The notes under the pieces were generated by a model. That model worked only from the letters and a program-made list of their open reading frames with translations. It was not told where the DNA came from and searched no databases. From positions 36,952,001 through 37,016,000 of the forward strand of contig NC_083286.1 in NCBI RefSeq assembly GCF_963506605.1: a DNA stretch of 64,000 nt. The letters run 5' to 3'. The stretch's first letter is position 1. Every line of letters begins with the position of its first letter. Of this stretch, positions 34,312 to 50,244 are shown piece by piece. The position numbers were made by a program, and so were the translations under genes. The DNA comes from Zootoca vivipara (taxonomy: Eukaryota).

Positions 34312-34910
34312 GAAAGGATATTGCTAGCTTTCAGTTTGGGAGCTCAGCTGGTGGACGAGGGGGAATAAATAGGTGGAGCTGTTTGCTTCTCATCTAGAAA
34401 AGTACCTACCGGCTATCAAGAAATCAATCCAAACTATTATAGTTCTCCTTATGGGACTGTGTTTCTGATTTGTGCTTCCTCTACCGCTTGCTTACGTGCA
34501 CCGGATTTTGAACTTCAATTGGTCCATTTTTTAAATTATTTTTTTACAAAAATAAGTTGGGTAAAGCCGAGCGTGTTGCGCAAGAATGTTTTGGACTACA
34601 ACGTCTTTCCAGACCCACTTGTAATTTTAATAGCGTCACCATAGGAAGGAATGCAACAACCGCAGGTTTTTCCTACCCTATGCTAGGAAATGTATAGTGA
34701 TTGAATCTTTGTCATACAAGCGTTGAAAAGGATAAGAAATAAATCCCTTAGGACTAGGCAAACATAGAGGAAAAACAAGGATAGGCGGAGGTCTATGGCT
34801 CACCTCTGCCATGAATTCAGTGCGTAGCCCAAGCATTAGCCTCTTGCCTCAGCCCCTACCCTAACACTGCAATATGGGGACAGTAACCTACATTGCAGGT
34901 ATTTTATTTC

Positions 34911-35009
34911 ATACCAAAATAAAAACTTAGTTGGTCTTTAAGGTGCTACTGAAGGAATTTTTTTTATTTTGTTTCGACTTAGACCAACACGGCTACCTAC
35001 CTGTAACTA
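34911..35009 (+). mobile_element. Penelope-like fragment
   Basis: AACTTAGTTGGTCT.TAAGGTGCTACTG...CTACCTACCTGTAAC shared with the other copies. Confidence 0.55.
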
Positions 35010-35628
35010 CATTGCAGGGTTATTGTAAGAATTACATCAATATACCGCATCTGTAGTGCGTCAAACACTTAAAAGTGCTATATAAATGCTATTAACAACA
35101 ATTTTCTTTCCTCCCCAAAACTGAAGTCTCAAGTTGTTATAAAGTATTTGGGGCGACAGCTGTATTATACCAGTAGGTCCCTGGTTACATTGCAGCTATT
35201 AACATTTATGTAACTTCCTCTAAGTCTAAGGAACTTAGTCAGCATGTCATAGCCACTGAGCATGCTCAGTCCCTGTTCCGTTTTAGGGTTTCTCCCCTAC
35301 CGATTTTTTAAAAATGTTACTGTCTTCATGGTCACAGGCAGTAATGCTTCTGGATACTAACTGGTGCAAACAACAGAAGGGGGGGGGGGAGTAGCAAGCA
35401 GGAAATGTTGCAGCAACTTGTATTTCCAGTTAACTCTCATGTACTGTACTAAATAAGTGTGATCCTGTCACAAAGAGGTAAAATTTCTAGATATCCAAAA
35501 TGACCAGGCCCTAGAATAGTTTGCTCATGGAACTGAGGAGAGATTCAGCAACACTGAACATAATCTTCAGTGGTGCTCTCCTGGTATTTGGTGTGATGTT
35601 GAATGAACTGAGAACAGCAAGCACAGTA

Positions 35629-36585
35629 CAGTGGTGCCTCACTAGACGAACGCCCTGTAAGACAAATTTTTCACTTAACGAAAGGATTTTTCAAGTGGAG
35701 GTTGCCTCGCTAGACGAATTCGTTTTACAAAAAATTCATCTAGCGAATCGCGGTTTCCCATAGGAATGCATTGAAATTCAATTAATGTGTTCCTATGGGC
35801 AAAAAAAATAAATGATTCAATGCGTTCCTATGGGATTCGCTAGACCAGGGGTTCCCAACAAAATTTTCTCGAGGACCCCTCATCGAGCCGCTATTGTGAC
35901 AAGGACCCCCATTAATTCCTAATCCTAAAAATAAAAAGTGAGAGCCAAATTAAGAGTCTTTTTATATTTTATATTTATACGTTTTTTACAGTTACAACAG
36001 AGTACTCCATCAGTATACAGTTAGTTTTAATTTTCAGTTCTTAATGAGATGAACCACTTTTTAATCAACGGTCCATTTTTAACTACGCGAACTGTAGCTT
36101 CCGCGAAAAACAACGCTTTGTTTACAAACACTACTGTTTTGCAAAGAGGCAGCGCGTGCCAGGGAGGAGGGAGGGGAATGGAGAAGACAGGGTACCTGCG
36201 CAGTAGCACACAAATGAAGCCGATGCGCGCAAAGCATCTTGGGGAGGTGAGCGTTAGTAGAATGTGCACGCTGCCTCTTTGCAAAACAGTAGTGTTTGTA
36301 AAGCGCCACCTAATGGCACACAGCAGAACTACTGCCTCTATCTAATTCTAGTTTTGCGCTAGACTCTGCTCATGCAGGAAGCGGCCAAAACAAAAAATCT
36401 GTTATCATACGAAATATATTTAATATATTTTTTATTCTAATAGCATCTTGCGGACCCCTCTGGCATAGCTCGCGAACCCCTGGGGGTCCCCGGACCACCT
36501 GTTGGTAACCACTGCTCTAGACAAATTTTTCGTTATAAGAATTGACCCGTGGAACGAATTAAATTCGTCTAGCGAGGCACCACTG
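35629..36585. mobile_element. Tc1/mariner (Tigger-like) MITE, host of the hAT insertion
   Basis: TA-CAGTGGTGCCTC...GAGGCACCACTG-TA. Confidence 0.82.
35846..36514. mobile_element. Non-autonomous hAT element (669 bp) nested in a mariner-type MITE
   Basis: CAGGGGTTCCCAACA...TGTTGGTAACCACTG termini, TSD C(G/T)CTAGAC. Confidence 0.82.
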
Positions 36586-37378
36586 TACTATCGAATTCTG
36601 CATGTACAGAAGCGGGCAATTACCCAAAAAGTCCAACGGTTCCACATTTCACTTCCAAAGAGGAAGCTTATAAAAAAGGAGCACAAATTTTGGCAAAAGA
36701 AACACAGCAGTCTATAAGGGATGCAAAAAATAGGTTTTTTGATTTATCTGTCTCTAGAAGGGAATCAAATATATACTAAAGGAGGAAAACTGCAGAGAAA
36801 TCTTTGCATCTCTCTTCACTACAGAATCCTTATGCCTGAACTAACTCAAGGAGGAACTGAGACAAATAGTGCTGACAAGAGATGAAGTCCTAGGCATTAT
36901 GTATTTATTTTTATATCAGAACCTCCAAAGGAAGCCCAGGGTTATTGAATTTAAAAACCCCCAAAACACACACACACACATATATTACCAAGTCCAAATA
37001 GTATCCATCCAAGAGTTACTGAATAACTCAAATGTGAAATTGCTAATTTTCTAACAAAAATATGTAACTTGTCCCTAAGATCAGCCTCCATACCAGAGAA
37101 CTGAAAAGTAATCAATGTGACACCAATCTTTAAAAAGGTATCCGGGGGGGATCCAGAAAAATACGAGGTTAGCTTAAGGTCTGCTTCCAGAAACTGGTGA
37201 AAAGCATTATTAAAGACAAAATTAGCAAATAAGCAAGTCTTGCTGAAGAACTGCAATGACAATCTAATCTCATGAATTTAGTCTCCTGTGTAAGTTTGGC
37301 AGTCTCGGAATGTAGAGAGAGGTAACTCTTATGGAATTGTTATAAGAATTCTAGTCTCATGTTATGAGGATTTTAAGA

Positions 37379-37421
37379 TCTCTCTCTCTCTCTCACACAC
37401 ACACACATACACACACACACA
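37379..37421. repeat. (CT)n(CA)n compound microsatellite
   Basis: Seen directly. Confidence 0.9.
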
Positions 37422-37580
37422 AGATAAATCTTCATAACTAAACCACGTCTGAAACCCCACAGGAAAAAGTCCTGAACAAATTGACCTCAAATATTTCTCT
37501 GCAAGGTCAAAGTGGGAAACCTCCCCATTGTCTCTTTCCTCACAAATCCTGATTTAAGGGCCCATTTAAGATATGAATAG

Positions 37581-38016
37581 GGACGTGGGTGGCGCTGTGG
37601 GTTAAACCAGTGTTTCTCAACCAGTGTGCCTCCAGATGTTTTGGGACTACAACTCCCATCATCCCTAGCTAGCAAGACCAGTGGTCAGGAATGATGGGAG
37701 TTGTAGTCCCAAAACATCTGGAGGCACACTGGTTGAGAAACACTGGGTCAAACCACAGAGCCTAGGGCTTGCCGATCAGGAGGTCAGTGGTTCGAATCCC
37801 TCCAACGGGGTGAGCTCTCGTTGCTCGGTCCCAGCTCCTGCCAACCTAGCAGTTCGAAAGCATGTCAAAGTGCAAGTAGATAAATAGGTACCGCTACAGC
37901 GGGAAGGTAAACAGCATTTCCGTGCGCTGCTCTGGTTCGCCGGAAGCGGCTTTGTCATGCTGGCCACATGACCTGGCCAGCTCCCTCGGTCAATAACGCA
38001 AGATGAGCGTTACCTT
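37581..38016 (+). mobile_element. Sauria SINE interrupted by a hAT MITE
   Basis: TSD TAAG(A/G)TATGAATAG; B box; ACCTTT tail. Confidence 0.88.
37608..37745. mobile_element. 138-bp palindromic hAT MITE inside a Sauria SINE
   Basis: CAGTGTTTCTCAACC TIRs, TSD GGT(T/C)AAAC. Confidence 0.88.
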
Positions 38017-38261
38017 TAAGGTATGAATAGGGTGTGAGCCTGTGACCTGGCTCAGGAACTAAGTATTTATTATTACAAAAGACTGGCCAGGCTCCCCAGG
38101 TAATCCAGTCAAATACCATTAACAGGCAACCTGCCAGGCAGGATAAAAACAAGGCACTCAGATTTCTGTTGTAGACCGCCTCTTCTGTGATGTATCTGTG
38201 GTGTTTCTGGGGGCAGTCTTGGACTCCAGGGCGGGCAATTTAAAATTTCTATATGAGAGCT

Positions 38262-38469
38262 TGTTACAGGTAGGTAGCGGTGTTGGTCTGATGTAATCGA
38301 AACAATTTTTTTTAAAAAAATTCCTTCCAGTAGCACCTTAGAGACCAACTAAGTTTGTCATAGGTATGAGCTTTCGAAAAGTTGTTCTGAAGAAATGTGC
38401 ATGCACACGAAAGCTCATACCTATAAAAAACTTAGTTGGTCTCTAAGGTGCTACTGGAAGGAATTTTTT
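38262..38469. mobile_element. Penelope-like fragment with an inverted repeat of about 60 bp and a degenerate hammerhead core
   Basis: 38315-38376 is the reverse complement of 38408-38468; CTGAAGA...GAAAGCTCATAC at 38387-38420. Confidence 0.65.
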
Positions 38470-38912
38470 AAATTTTTAATATAAGCTTGCACACCTTTGT
38501 TCTGGGTCCCCCCCCCCCGGTGTGTGTGTGCGTGTGTGGAGAGCACCCTGTTGCAACAGCCTTTAATAAAGATCAGGCTTAACTAGCCCCCTTGCTTTTC
38601 ACGAGAATTCTGTTCTGGTCTCTGTCATTTTACTAGCCAGTAAGGGCTTTCATTTGTGCTCTGCTGGCGGTCCGGGCTCCCTCCCGGAGAAGGACCCTTT
38701 TTAACTCTTATAACAATAAAGAATAAATGTTCATAAATGCACAAGGTAAACACACATTCACTCCACATGTCTGAAATAGTACAGGAGAGCAATCCTGAAG
38801 TCATCTTCGACTCTTTAGGACCCCAAATATTTTGTCTGCAGAAGGAATTATCTTGCAGAAGTTCTTTTGACTTACAAATCCTACATATTCTGTCTTGAGG
38901 GCATATTTTGTA

Positions 38913-39015
38913 CAGTGGAACCTCGGTTTATGAACACCTCGGTTCAGTTTATGAACGCTTCAGTTTATGAACAGACTTCCGGAACCAATTGTGTTCATAA
39001 ACCGAGGTACCACTG
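38913..39015. mobile_element. Tc1/mariner MITE
   Basis: TA-CAGTGGAACCTCGGTTTATGAAC...GTTCATAAACCGAGGTACCACTG-TA. Confidence 0.85.
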
Positions 39016-39668
39016 TATATGAATAGGGTATGCCTGGGACCTGGATCCAAAAACTAAAGCATCTCAAAAGAATGGCCAGATTGCCTAGGGCAATTTCAAG
39101 TCTTTGCTCCTCACCTCCTTGCAAGCTTACAGACTTTGGTCCTCACCTCCTTGCAAGGCAGCAGCCCGGGGGGACGGGGATGAACGGACTCTGTTGCAAC
39201 AGAAAATAAAGGGTTTCCTTGCTTTCACTGGATCCTACCTCTCTGACTGATAACGGTTTTAGGGAACACTGAATCTCTGTAAAAGCCAACCCCATTTTTT
39301 CCTGTAACTGTCAGTAATAGTTAACGAACAGGAGTAGAGAGTAGGAATAAACTGACAGTTCTTACACTGCTGGGATATGAGAAGCGTGGTCTACCAATGG
39401 TTGGTATTGGGACATGTGCTTTTTAAATTGCTATGCCAGAGATTGTGGTTTGTTACTCCTGCTGGCTAGAAAGGAGACACAAAGCAGGAACAATCTCCAT
39501 GTTTACAATAAATCATTAACTACAGACTAGGCCAGTTAAGTAGAAACTCATAGAAGTGTAGTACAGAACTAAATTGTCCCATCACTGGGACATCTTTCTA
39601 TCCTATAAGTCAAGTTTTAAGGTGTAATCAATAATATGTCACTAGAAATATGTAAAAATTATAAAATG

Positions 39669-39674
39669 TTTATT
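39669..39674 (-). terminator. Candidate poly(A) signal AATAAA for SLC30A5
   Basis: Ends an AU-rich 3'UTR of about 700 nt. Confidence 0.55.
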
Positions 39675-40370
39675 TTACATAGTGGTTCAAATTTCCAATT
39701 AGTTATTCAACTTTCCCACTGAACAGAAACAGGCGTGTAAGAACAAAGAATGTATTTTTTACCCCTGACTAATTGTTAAAATAACTTTTCTTCTTTAAAA
39801 ATATTAGCTCAGCTCAGTGACAATTTTTAATTAGTAGAATCTATTCTTCCTTATTTAACAAAGCTGTGCTTAGAAAATAGGATTATATACAGAACTGGAA
39901 TATAAAATTGTACATATTCATTTGTATCTAATGAACTTTGAAAAACCCATTTTAAAAATGTGTAGATACACATACACATACAGCAGCAAAATAACTGTAA
40001 AGATGCCATTTTTGAAGTCTGTCTATTTCTGTTGCAACCTAAAATTATTTTCTTTAGGCTTGAGATGGTAGAGAAATTCTTGGTATTCTTTTTTGGGGGA
40101 AATGTGCAATATAGTTGTGCTCATCCACACTCACATAGCAAAATTTCTTTAATAGACACCAAATAACAGTATTTTTTACATTGCCAGTATTTCCACATAT
40201 ACAGCATATGTTCTACTTATCCCACCTCTTCTTAAATCTCTTGATCTTATTTTTAAAGGTATGTAACATTTTCTAAAAATCCAAATATATACGGCATTTG
40301 TTTCTGTACATTTATGTGCAAATTCACCTGATGAAATACAGACAGTGAACCCTACAGATTCAGCTTCCGG

Positions 40371-40565
<195 letters not shown>

Positions 40566-41430
40566 TTACATCGTCAGCAAATGTTTCTTTGGAGCTCTAA
40601 GCAAGACAATCTTGCTGCACAAAGGAGAAGTGGTATCACTTTGCATTTGAGATTTACATCATAATCCTATCCTCCGCAAAGAGTTGCATGAACCAGTAAG
40701 ATTGCATGAGAGTCCTATTGAGCTCAAGTGACTACCTAGAATCTATTCTTTCCAAGCACTGCAAAAGAGAAAAAATGGGTAGCGGAGAGAGCATGGTGCA
40801 GGACCAGGTCTACAAACTATGATGGAAAGTTCGGTATCTTTTGCAGTTATGCAATGATAAGCATAGAAGACACAGGGATGAGGACTAGAACACACTATTC
40901 CACCCCAAACATGGGTCTATTTATAGTTTATCTGTCTTGGAGGCTCGGTGTGCCCTTACTGCAACTTCTTCTGAAGAATACAGAACAAAAACTGAAGTTT
41001 GCTTTAAATTTCCCCACCATTTATTGAAATCCCAGGCCATTCAAAATATACACGTGTTGCGATGCTTCTAAAAAGGTGTCCACCCCAGAGATTAATACAA
41101 TCTGGTAAAGACAAGGATGCAGTAAGTTGTTTCCACCAATAGTTAGATGCAGCATTTTGCACTAGCTGGGGCTTCCCCAGACCAAGGGTAGCTTCACACA
41201 GTGCACATGGCTCCATGTCTTGGAGTTATGGATGCAAAAATCTCCAAGCAACCCTTGTCCAAAAATGGCTGTAGTTGGCACACCAGCCCAATCACTGAGG
41301 TCCTCAGGGCAGTCACTGTTAACCCCCCACTGCTTAGACACATGGCATGCATCCACCAGGAGCCATGCATTCAGTATTGGGCAGAACTCCCAGCTGAGGT
41401 CAGAGAGCACCCTGCCTCCACCCTCTTGGA

Positions 41431-41566
41431 CAGGCATCCCCAAACTTCGGCCCTCCAGATGTTTTGGACTACAGTTCCTATCTTCCCCAACCACTGGTCC
41501 TGTTAGCTAGGGATCATGGGAGTTGTAGGCCAAAACATCTGGAGGGCCGCAGTTTGGGGATGCCTG
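41431..41566. mobile_element. 136-bp palindromic hAT MITE, inserted in an old L2 fragment
   Basis: 8-bp TSD CTCTTGGA. Confidence 0.9.
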
Positions 41567-41987
41567 CTCTTGGATGTTCAGGCAATTAGTGAATATGCTT
41601 TAAAAATAAAATAAAATTCAGCAGGCATATTAAGGGAGCTTTTCTGATTTTATGGTTAATTTTAACTGACTTTATCTCTGTAACCTTACTGCAAACAATG
41701 TAGAAACTGTTGTGTTAAGAGGTGTATAAACTGTTTAAATTAATAAACAACCAGAGGTTGGTGGGAAAGCACCACTTCACACCTTCGCTGCTGGAACATG
41801 CTGCAGAGATGGTAAAGAAATGAAGCCCCCATTTGCCAAAACATCTGCCCAGCTGAAGTAAAATGGAATCTCACAGAAAGTGTAAGAGCAGAAAGCTCTA
41901 CAGAGTAGTATCCAGCTCTACATGAGCAGTATCCAGCAGTTGCTATGACAGAGGTGGCTGTCAGCTCATACTATACCATCTAGTTTA

Positions 41988-42242
<255 letters not shown>

Positions 42243-43156
42243 CTATATGTATGCAGAACTTGTAATAGTATTTTTTTGACTGTTCAATGTTACCGCTCTC
42301 TCGGTACCTGGTTTTCACTCAATCACAGAGTTATATAATAAAGAATCATTGTATTAAAGTATCAGTGCATATTTGTGAATGCAAGCCTTATTTCAAAGAT
42401 AGTGTAATGCTTTCAATTCTATACTCTTTAAATTGCACACTATTCTCCTCAGTGCATCTGAATGCCCTAGAAGATTCTTAGTCTGCAAGTGAATATATTA
42501 GCAGAATTATATATATATATAAAACTTGTAATGTTATATACAATGTGTAAACTTGGAGTTAATTAGAGATAAAGATTTTATAGACATGCATAAATGAAAA
42601 TAATACAAATGAACCAGGGGAGGGAGTGGAGGGAAGTCAGGGGATTCAAGTAATCCCAGAATGTGGATTTAAAATTGATTGTTTATATAGTTGTTTTAAA
42701 TATTTATGTTTTGTTTTTTCCCTTTAATGAATGATTTTGTCTTTGTGAATATGTGGTACCTCGGTTTAAGTACTCAATTGGTGCCGGGGTGCCATTCGCT
42801 CCCTGAAAAGTACTTAATCCGAGCGGCGATAGTGCGTGTGCGTGAAGCGCTAATAGAGCGTTCTGCGCATGCGCGAACCGTGCAGATCACTTCTGCGCAT
42901 GCGCACGCCGCGGAACCCAGAGGTAAACATATGAGAGAGAGAAGATTCTTAGCCTGAGTAGCAGCTTCTGATATAAATGGTAGAATAAACTGTACTGTTT
43001 GGGCAGGGGGGGGGGGAGGTTAACCTGAACTCTGTAGTTTTGAAAAGGTTGCCGATTCAAAGTGAACAAACCTAAAAACAAGGCCCTTTCCAAAAGAATG
43101 TTATGTGGTTGACAATGAGGAGTATTTAAAACGTCCTGCAGAAATTCTAAATTTCA

Positions 43157-43555
<399 letters not shown>

Positions 43556-43606
43556 CTATCATCGTATTGGATCCTCTAAATTGACCATTCTATTATGAAA
43601 TCTTTA

Positions 43607-44050
<444 letters not shown>

Positions 44051-44601
44051 TCAGCTCCAGCCAGCATTGCCAATGGTCAGGGATGATGGGAGTTACAGTA
44101 TAACAACATCTGGAGGACCTCCCCCCTACCCTGGCTTAGGGGGAGAGATGGGAAGGGGGCAGGGAGAGAGGAGAGATAAATAGGAGTAAGAGGGTGGAAT
44201 TATGTGGCCCAATTCAGAAGCATTACATCTGTGCTGGCTCCATGTAACTGAACAGTTGCAAGCATGTACAATATTAAGACTTTTTTTTTCCAGAAAACAA
44301 GGATGTAGCTAATCTATTTTTAATTTAGCAGGAGAAGTGAAAATGAGCGCATCCTCCTCCTAAACCGCAGCTATAGCCTTTGCCCTGGAGGAAAAGGGTT
44401 GTGATTGTTAAGGATAAGAGTTTCCAGCCAAGTATAATTTATTGCCTCTCATATGCATTGCAATCTTATGCAAACATCTGTGAAATGAACAGAGCCGGTG
44501 CACCAGAGCAATGTTTGAGGGATTAAAACTTTTTTTGTTTCTGCCATACAGACTAGAATGTTTAAGAACAATAAATCAAGTATTCACAGAAAATAAGGTT
44601 A

Positions 44602-44769
<168 letters not shown>

Positions 44770-45549
44770 TCATTTGGAATGGAAAAAAAGAATAAAAGAC
44801 ATATAAAAACAATTCCACGGCAGTCTAATAATTGTGGTGTTCTGAATTATGCTAAACCCTGAACTATTTTGCAGAAAACCCGTGATTATTCAACCAATGA
44901 AGTCTATTAACCTGATGTATATGACTTTGCTTGACTTCCAGGCTTACTCTATTACACAAATTGCTAATGTGTAACATGAAAGTGACATCTTTTGTCAGGC
45001 TGCTATGTTTTTCTGAAAGATATGTATGAGAAAGAGAGACAAGAATCTTCCGGAAGTAATACTAAGCAGCTCTGATTTTCTGGGATAAACAGGATGGTTA
45101 AATGGGAAGATTTTATGTTTTTCCATTTCCCCCTCAAAACTTTGGAATGGAAAATAAATAAATACAAAGGTATATAAAATCAATTCCACAGTAGCCAAAT
45201 AACTGCCTTGTTTGTGAGAAGTGTTTGATTAGACTCTAATATTTGGCTGGGGGTAGATTAACCTGGAAAGCTCATTTCCCCAAAATAATCCCCCACAAAC
45301 CTTCATTAATATTGGAAGCTCCCTATACCAAGTCAGTCCATTGAGCCACCTAGCTCAGAATTGTCTACACTGACCTGCAACATTTTTCTAGGGTTTCAAA
45401 ACAACCACCTTTCCCAACCCTACCTGGGCAAGTCACTGACTGAACCTGGGACCTTTTACCTAAAAAGCACTTGCTCTGTCACTGAGCTACAGTCCTTCTC
45501 CACTTCATGCTACTTCAGCTAGTATTAATAGGTCTTTATAATTAGTTCA

Positions 45550-45744
<195 letters not shown>

Positions 45745-46073
45745 TCATTGTGAAAATCAAACATAAAACTACTCCTTGAAGAAGCATGTGACTAGCATAT
45801 TTTGAAACTCCCCTTTTTGCAACTCCACTCTGGGGAGAGCGGCTCACATATAATGAGGAAATCAAAACTTCCACACACTACTCAGTGTAACAATATGAGG
45901 TAGAAAATTGCAGTCTTAAAATGTCTGCTTCTGTTAAAATGATGACATGGGAAAATGCTTTATTTTCTTTTACCTTTTATTAAATAATGTTATCAACTTT
46001 TTGGAATAACTTAGAAATGAACTTAGAATCGTAGAACCGTAGTGCTGGAATGGACCCTGAGAATCATCTAGTT

Positions 46074-46350
46074 CGGGCATGTCCAACAGGTAGATCGTGA
46101 TCTACCGGCAGATCACTGGGTGTCTATGGTAGATCACTGGTAGATCATTGACTCCCCCCCAAAGAAGCTGAACAACTGTGGCTCTTCCCTGCAAAAACCC
46201 AACAACTTTGACCTGATCCCCACAAAAATGGGCCTTCTTCCTAAAAAAAAGCTCAACAACTTTGACCTGATCCTCCCAAAAGGGGGTAGATCTCTGCCAG
46301 TTTTTAACTTTGTGAGTAGATCACAGTCTCTTGGGAGTTGGGCACCCCTG
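46074..46350. mobile_element. Non-autonomous hAT element inserted in a SINE/CR1-tail-like repeat
   Basis: 8-bp TSD ATCTAGTT; imperfect TIRs ending GTTGGGCACCCCTG. Confidence 0.75.
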
Positions 46351-46865
46351 ATCTAGTTCTAGTCCAGCCCCATGCAATGCAGGAATATGCAGTTGTCCCA
46401 CCTTGGGGTGGGGTCAAACCTACGACCTTGGTGTTATCAGCATGATGGTCTAACCAAATGAGCTTTTGTTCCAGTTAATGATCTACTGAAGTTTCTTTTG
46501 TTACTGAAAGTAATAGTGTATGCAACAAATTAAAAGTTTACGAAGGGAACAAAGATGCCTTAATAGGGCTAGTCACAAAGTAGTGGCTTGGAGAACAGCC
46601 AGGGCAGGGTCAAGATGCCAGCCACTTGCAGAAGGAAGCAGGCAGAAATCAGGCACTCCCCCTTGAAATGAAGGAATATCAACTAAAGTATCCATGCCAG
46701 TTGGCCACACAATCTCTGCTTAAAAACCTCCAATGAAGGAGAGCCCACCACCTTCCAAGGGAGTCCATTCCATTTCGTTCTACACTAGACATTGCATATC
46801 TGGTTTTAAAACCTAAGTTTACCCCCACCTCACCAAAACCAGAAATAATTTCCTCAAAGGGATTA

Positions 46866-47117
<252 letters not shown>

Positions 47118-47721
47118 TTACATTTTGTAACCGTCCTGTAATGCAGGGTTGTACCCAGTGTTAGTCCTACTCAAGGAAGACCCATTGGAATGAATATGGC
47201 TAACTTCGGTTCATTGATTTCAATGGGACTTACCCCCGAGTATAACTTCATTGCATACAACCCATAAGCATTTTAGCTACAAATAAGAACTGGAACATTT
47301 TATGCACCCGCTAATCACTCAGAAGGTGGCAAGAGAATTCAAGGTCCATGATACTTTGCATGTTTAATGCAGAGATTTTTGCAAAACTATTGCTCATTCA
47401 TTCTGTTCGTTGGAGGAGAAAAGTCTCAGGTGTGAAGGCCAAATGAACTGACCCCTAACCTGGGTTTGATGCAGCCTCATATTCACCAAAGCTGCAAAGG
47501 GGGTGGCTCGGGGAATGCAGAGAAAAAACTAACTCTAGAAGTAAAGCCAGGGGTTATTAACTTAAGCTTTCATGGAAAGGCTATACCTTTTAGAAGCTGG
47601 TCAATGTTTCCACAAGCAGTTAAGTAAGAGAGAAGTGACAACCCACAAACCTAGTCCAATTTTTAAACACTTGTACAAGTGCAAAAAACAATGATCAATT
47701 TAGAACTGTCTACATACAAAC

Positions 47722-48073
47722 GTGGGACGCGGGTGGCACTGTGGGTTAAACCACAGAGCCTAGGGCTTGCCGATCAGAAGTTCAGCGGTTCGAATCCCCG
47801 TGATGGGGTGAGCTCCCGTTGCTCGGTCCCAGCTCCTGCCAACCTAGCAGTTCAAAAGCACGTCAACGTGCAAGTAGATAAATAGGTACCACTACAGCGG
47901 GAAGGTAAACGGCGTTTCCGTGTGCTGCTCTGGTTCGCCAGAAGCAGCTTTGTCATGCTGGCCACATGACTTGGAAGCTGTATGCCGGCTCCCTCGGCCA
48001 ATAACGCGAGATGAGTGCCGCAACCCAAGAGTCGGTCACGACTGGACCTAATGGTCAAGGGTCCCTTTACCTT
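47722..48073 (+). mobile_element. Sauria SINE, full length
   Basis: GGGACGCGGGTGGCACTGTGGGTTAAACC head, B box, ACCTTT tail, TSD TACATACAAAC. Confidence 0.9.
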
Positions 48074-48249
48074 TACATACAAACTATATAGAAGAAACAG
48101 AGGAACAATTTCCCAATGTATCACTACAATTGTGAGGGATCAAATAAGTTGTCCCTTAAGATCATCATGCAAATGCAAGCTAAGACCACACATTCTGTGA
48201 TAACAAGGCGTGTTGAATTTCTTTCTATTCTTCCATTCTTCTGAAGTTA

Positions 48250-48630
<381 letters not shown>

Positions 48631-48633
48631 TTA

Positions 48634-48939
<306 letters not shown>

Positions 48940-49078
48940 CTAATTTGGTTGACAGACATTCTATGCATGGGGGATTCTTAGTCTCTCAACAGGCACATAC
49001 ATTACTGGCAGTTTTCAATACTGGAACATAGTTAATAAAATTAACGCTTATACTGTTGCAATGGCATCCATGCTTATA

Positions 49079-49375
49079 CAGTGGTGCCTCGACTTACGAA
49101 TTTAATCCGTTCCAAAGGCACCTCCATAGGTCGAAAAATTAGTAAGTTGAAAATCGCCATTGGAAACGTGATTTCCCATAGGAATGCATTGGAAATGGAA
49201 AAATTCACAAGTCGAAGCAACCCTATCTAAAAATTCGTAAGTCGGAAAATCCCTATCTAAAACCGCCGTGGGTTTTTTTCTGGATGTCGAGACATTCGTA
49301 AGCGCGCGGCCATTACCCCCATTCATAAGTCGAAAAATTCAGTTGCTGAGTCGTTCATAAGTCGAGGTACCACTG
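49079..49375. mobile_element. Tc1/mariner MITE
   Basis: TA-CAGTGGTGCCTCGACTTA...TAAGTCGAGGTACCACTG-TA. Confidence 0.85.
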
Positions 49376-50124
49376 TATTTCCTAAATAAAATTTCTAGTC
49401 CATTATGATAAATACACAGTTAATTACTGCAAACGGGAGACAGCTAAATTAAAAATGTGTGTGATTGTCTATAACAGGACCTATTTGCTTGCTACCTTAA
49501 GTATTCTATGCTGTTCTATACTAAACGTGTTTCATTTTCTCTACGTTAGTAAGATTGTTCTGCAAAAGTTTAAAAGTGACAAAATTCAGCAACTCATTCC
49601 TACGGTATTTGTTTCTGTCTCTAGGGCACCAATTTTAATGTGCACATTAGATCCCAATAAGTATTTCAATAGTGGAAAGGAAATTACAAAATGCCTTTAT
49701 ATCTGCATACTAATCTTCTAATAACTCCAAAACCTTTAATCAATGGACAGAATTTTGATTGAAATAAACTGCGCAATGAAAAAGACTGAGGATGAACAAC
49801 AGGCAGCTTATGAAGTGCTGAGCATTAGCAGCTGCTAAAATCACACCAGTATGTTATGTTATCGTACTGCAAATTTGATGGTGTATTCTAATCGTTACTT
49901 ATTTTTAAATGGTTATTGTTCTCAAGTAAGATTAGAATGCCGTTACTGCAATGACCTTTTAAGCGACAGATAAAACACGCACACCTGTTGCAGGTATCTG
50001 AAAACTGCTGTTGAAACGAATCAACAAAGCAATGCAACAGAACCGGAAGACATTTAAGAACTGCACTATTGCCATGAGCAAGCCATTCAAGCTCCTAACA
50101 GTACGTACTTGGTGCACTTTTTCA

Positions 50125-50244
<120 letters not shown>

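Larger units (their letters stand above)
37360..38715 (+). mobile_element. Solo-LTR-like element carrying nested SINE, MITE and Penelope-like insertions
   Basis: TGTTATG...TTATAACA; colinear homology with the reverse complement of 12430-13478; a related older copy follows at about 38716-39310. Confidence 0.62.

Noticed and set aside
47724-47800. tRNA-like A/B box sequence (also at about 4380-4448, 25290-25371 and 37750-37800)
   Set aside because: These are SINE heads continuous with the SINE body; no complete cloverleaf.
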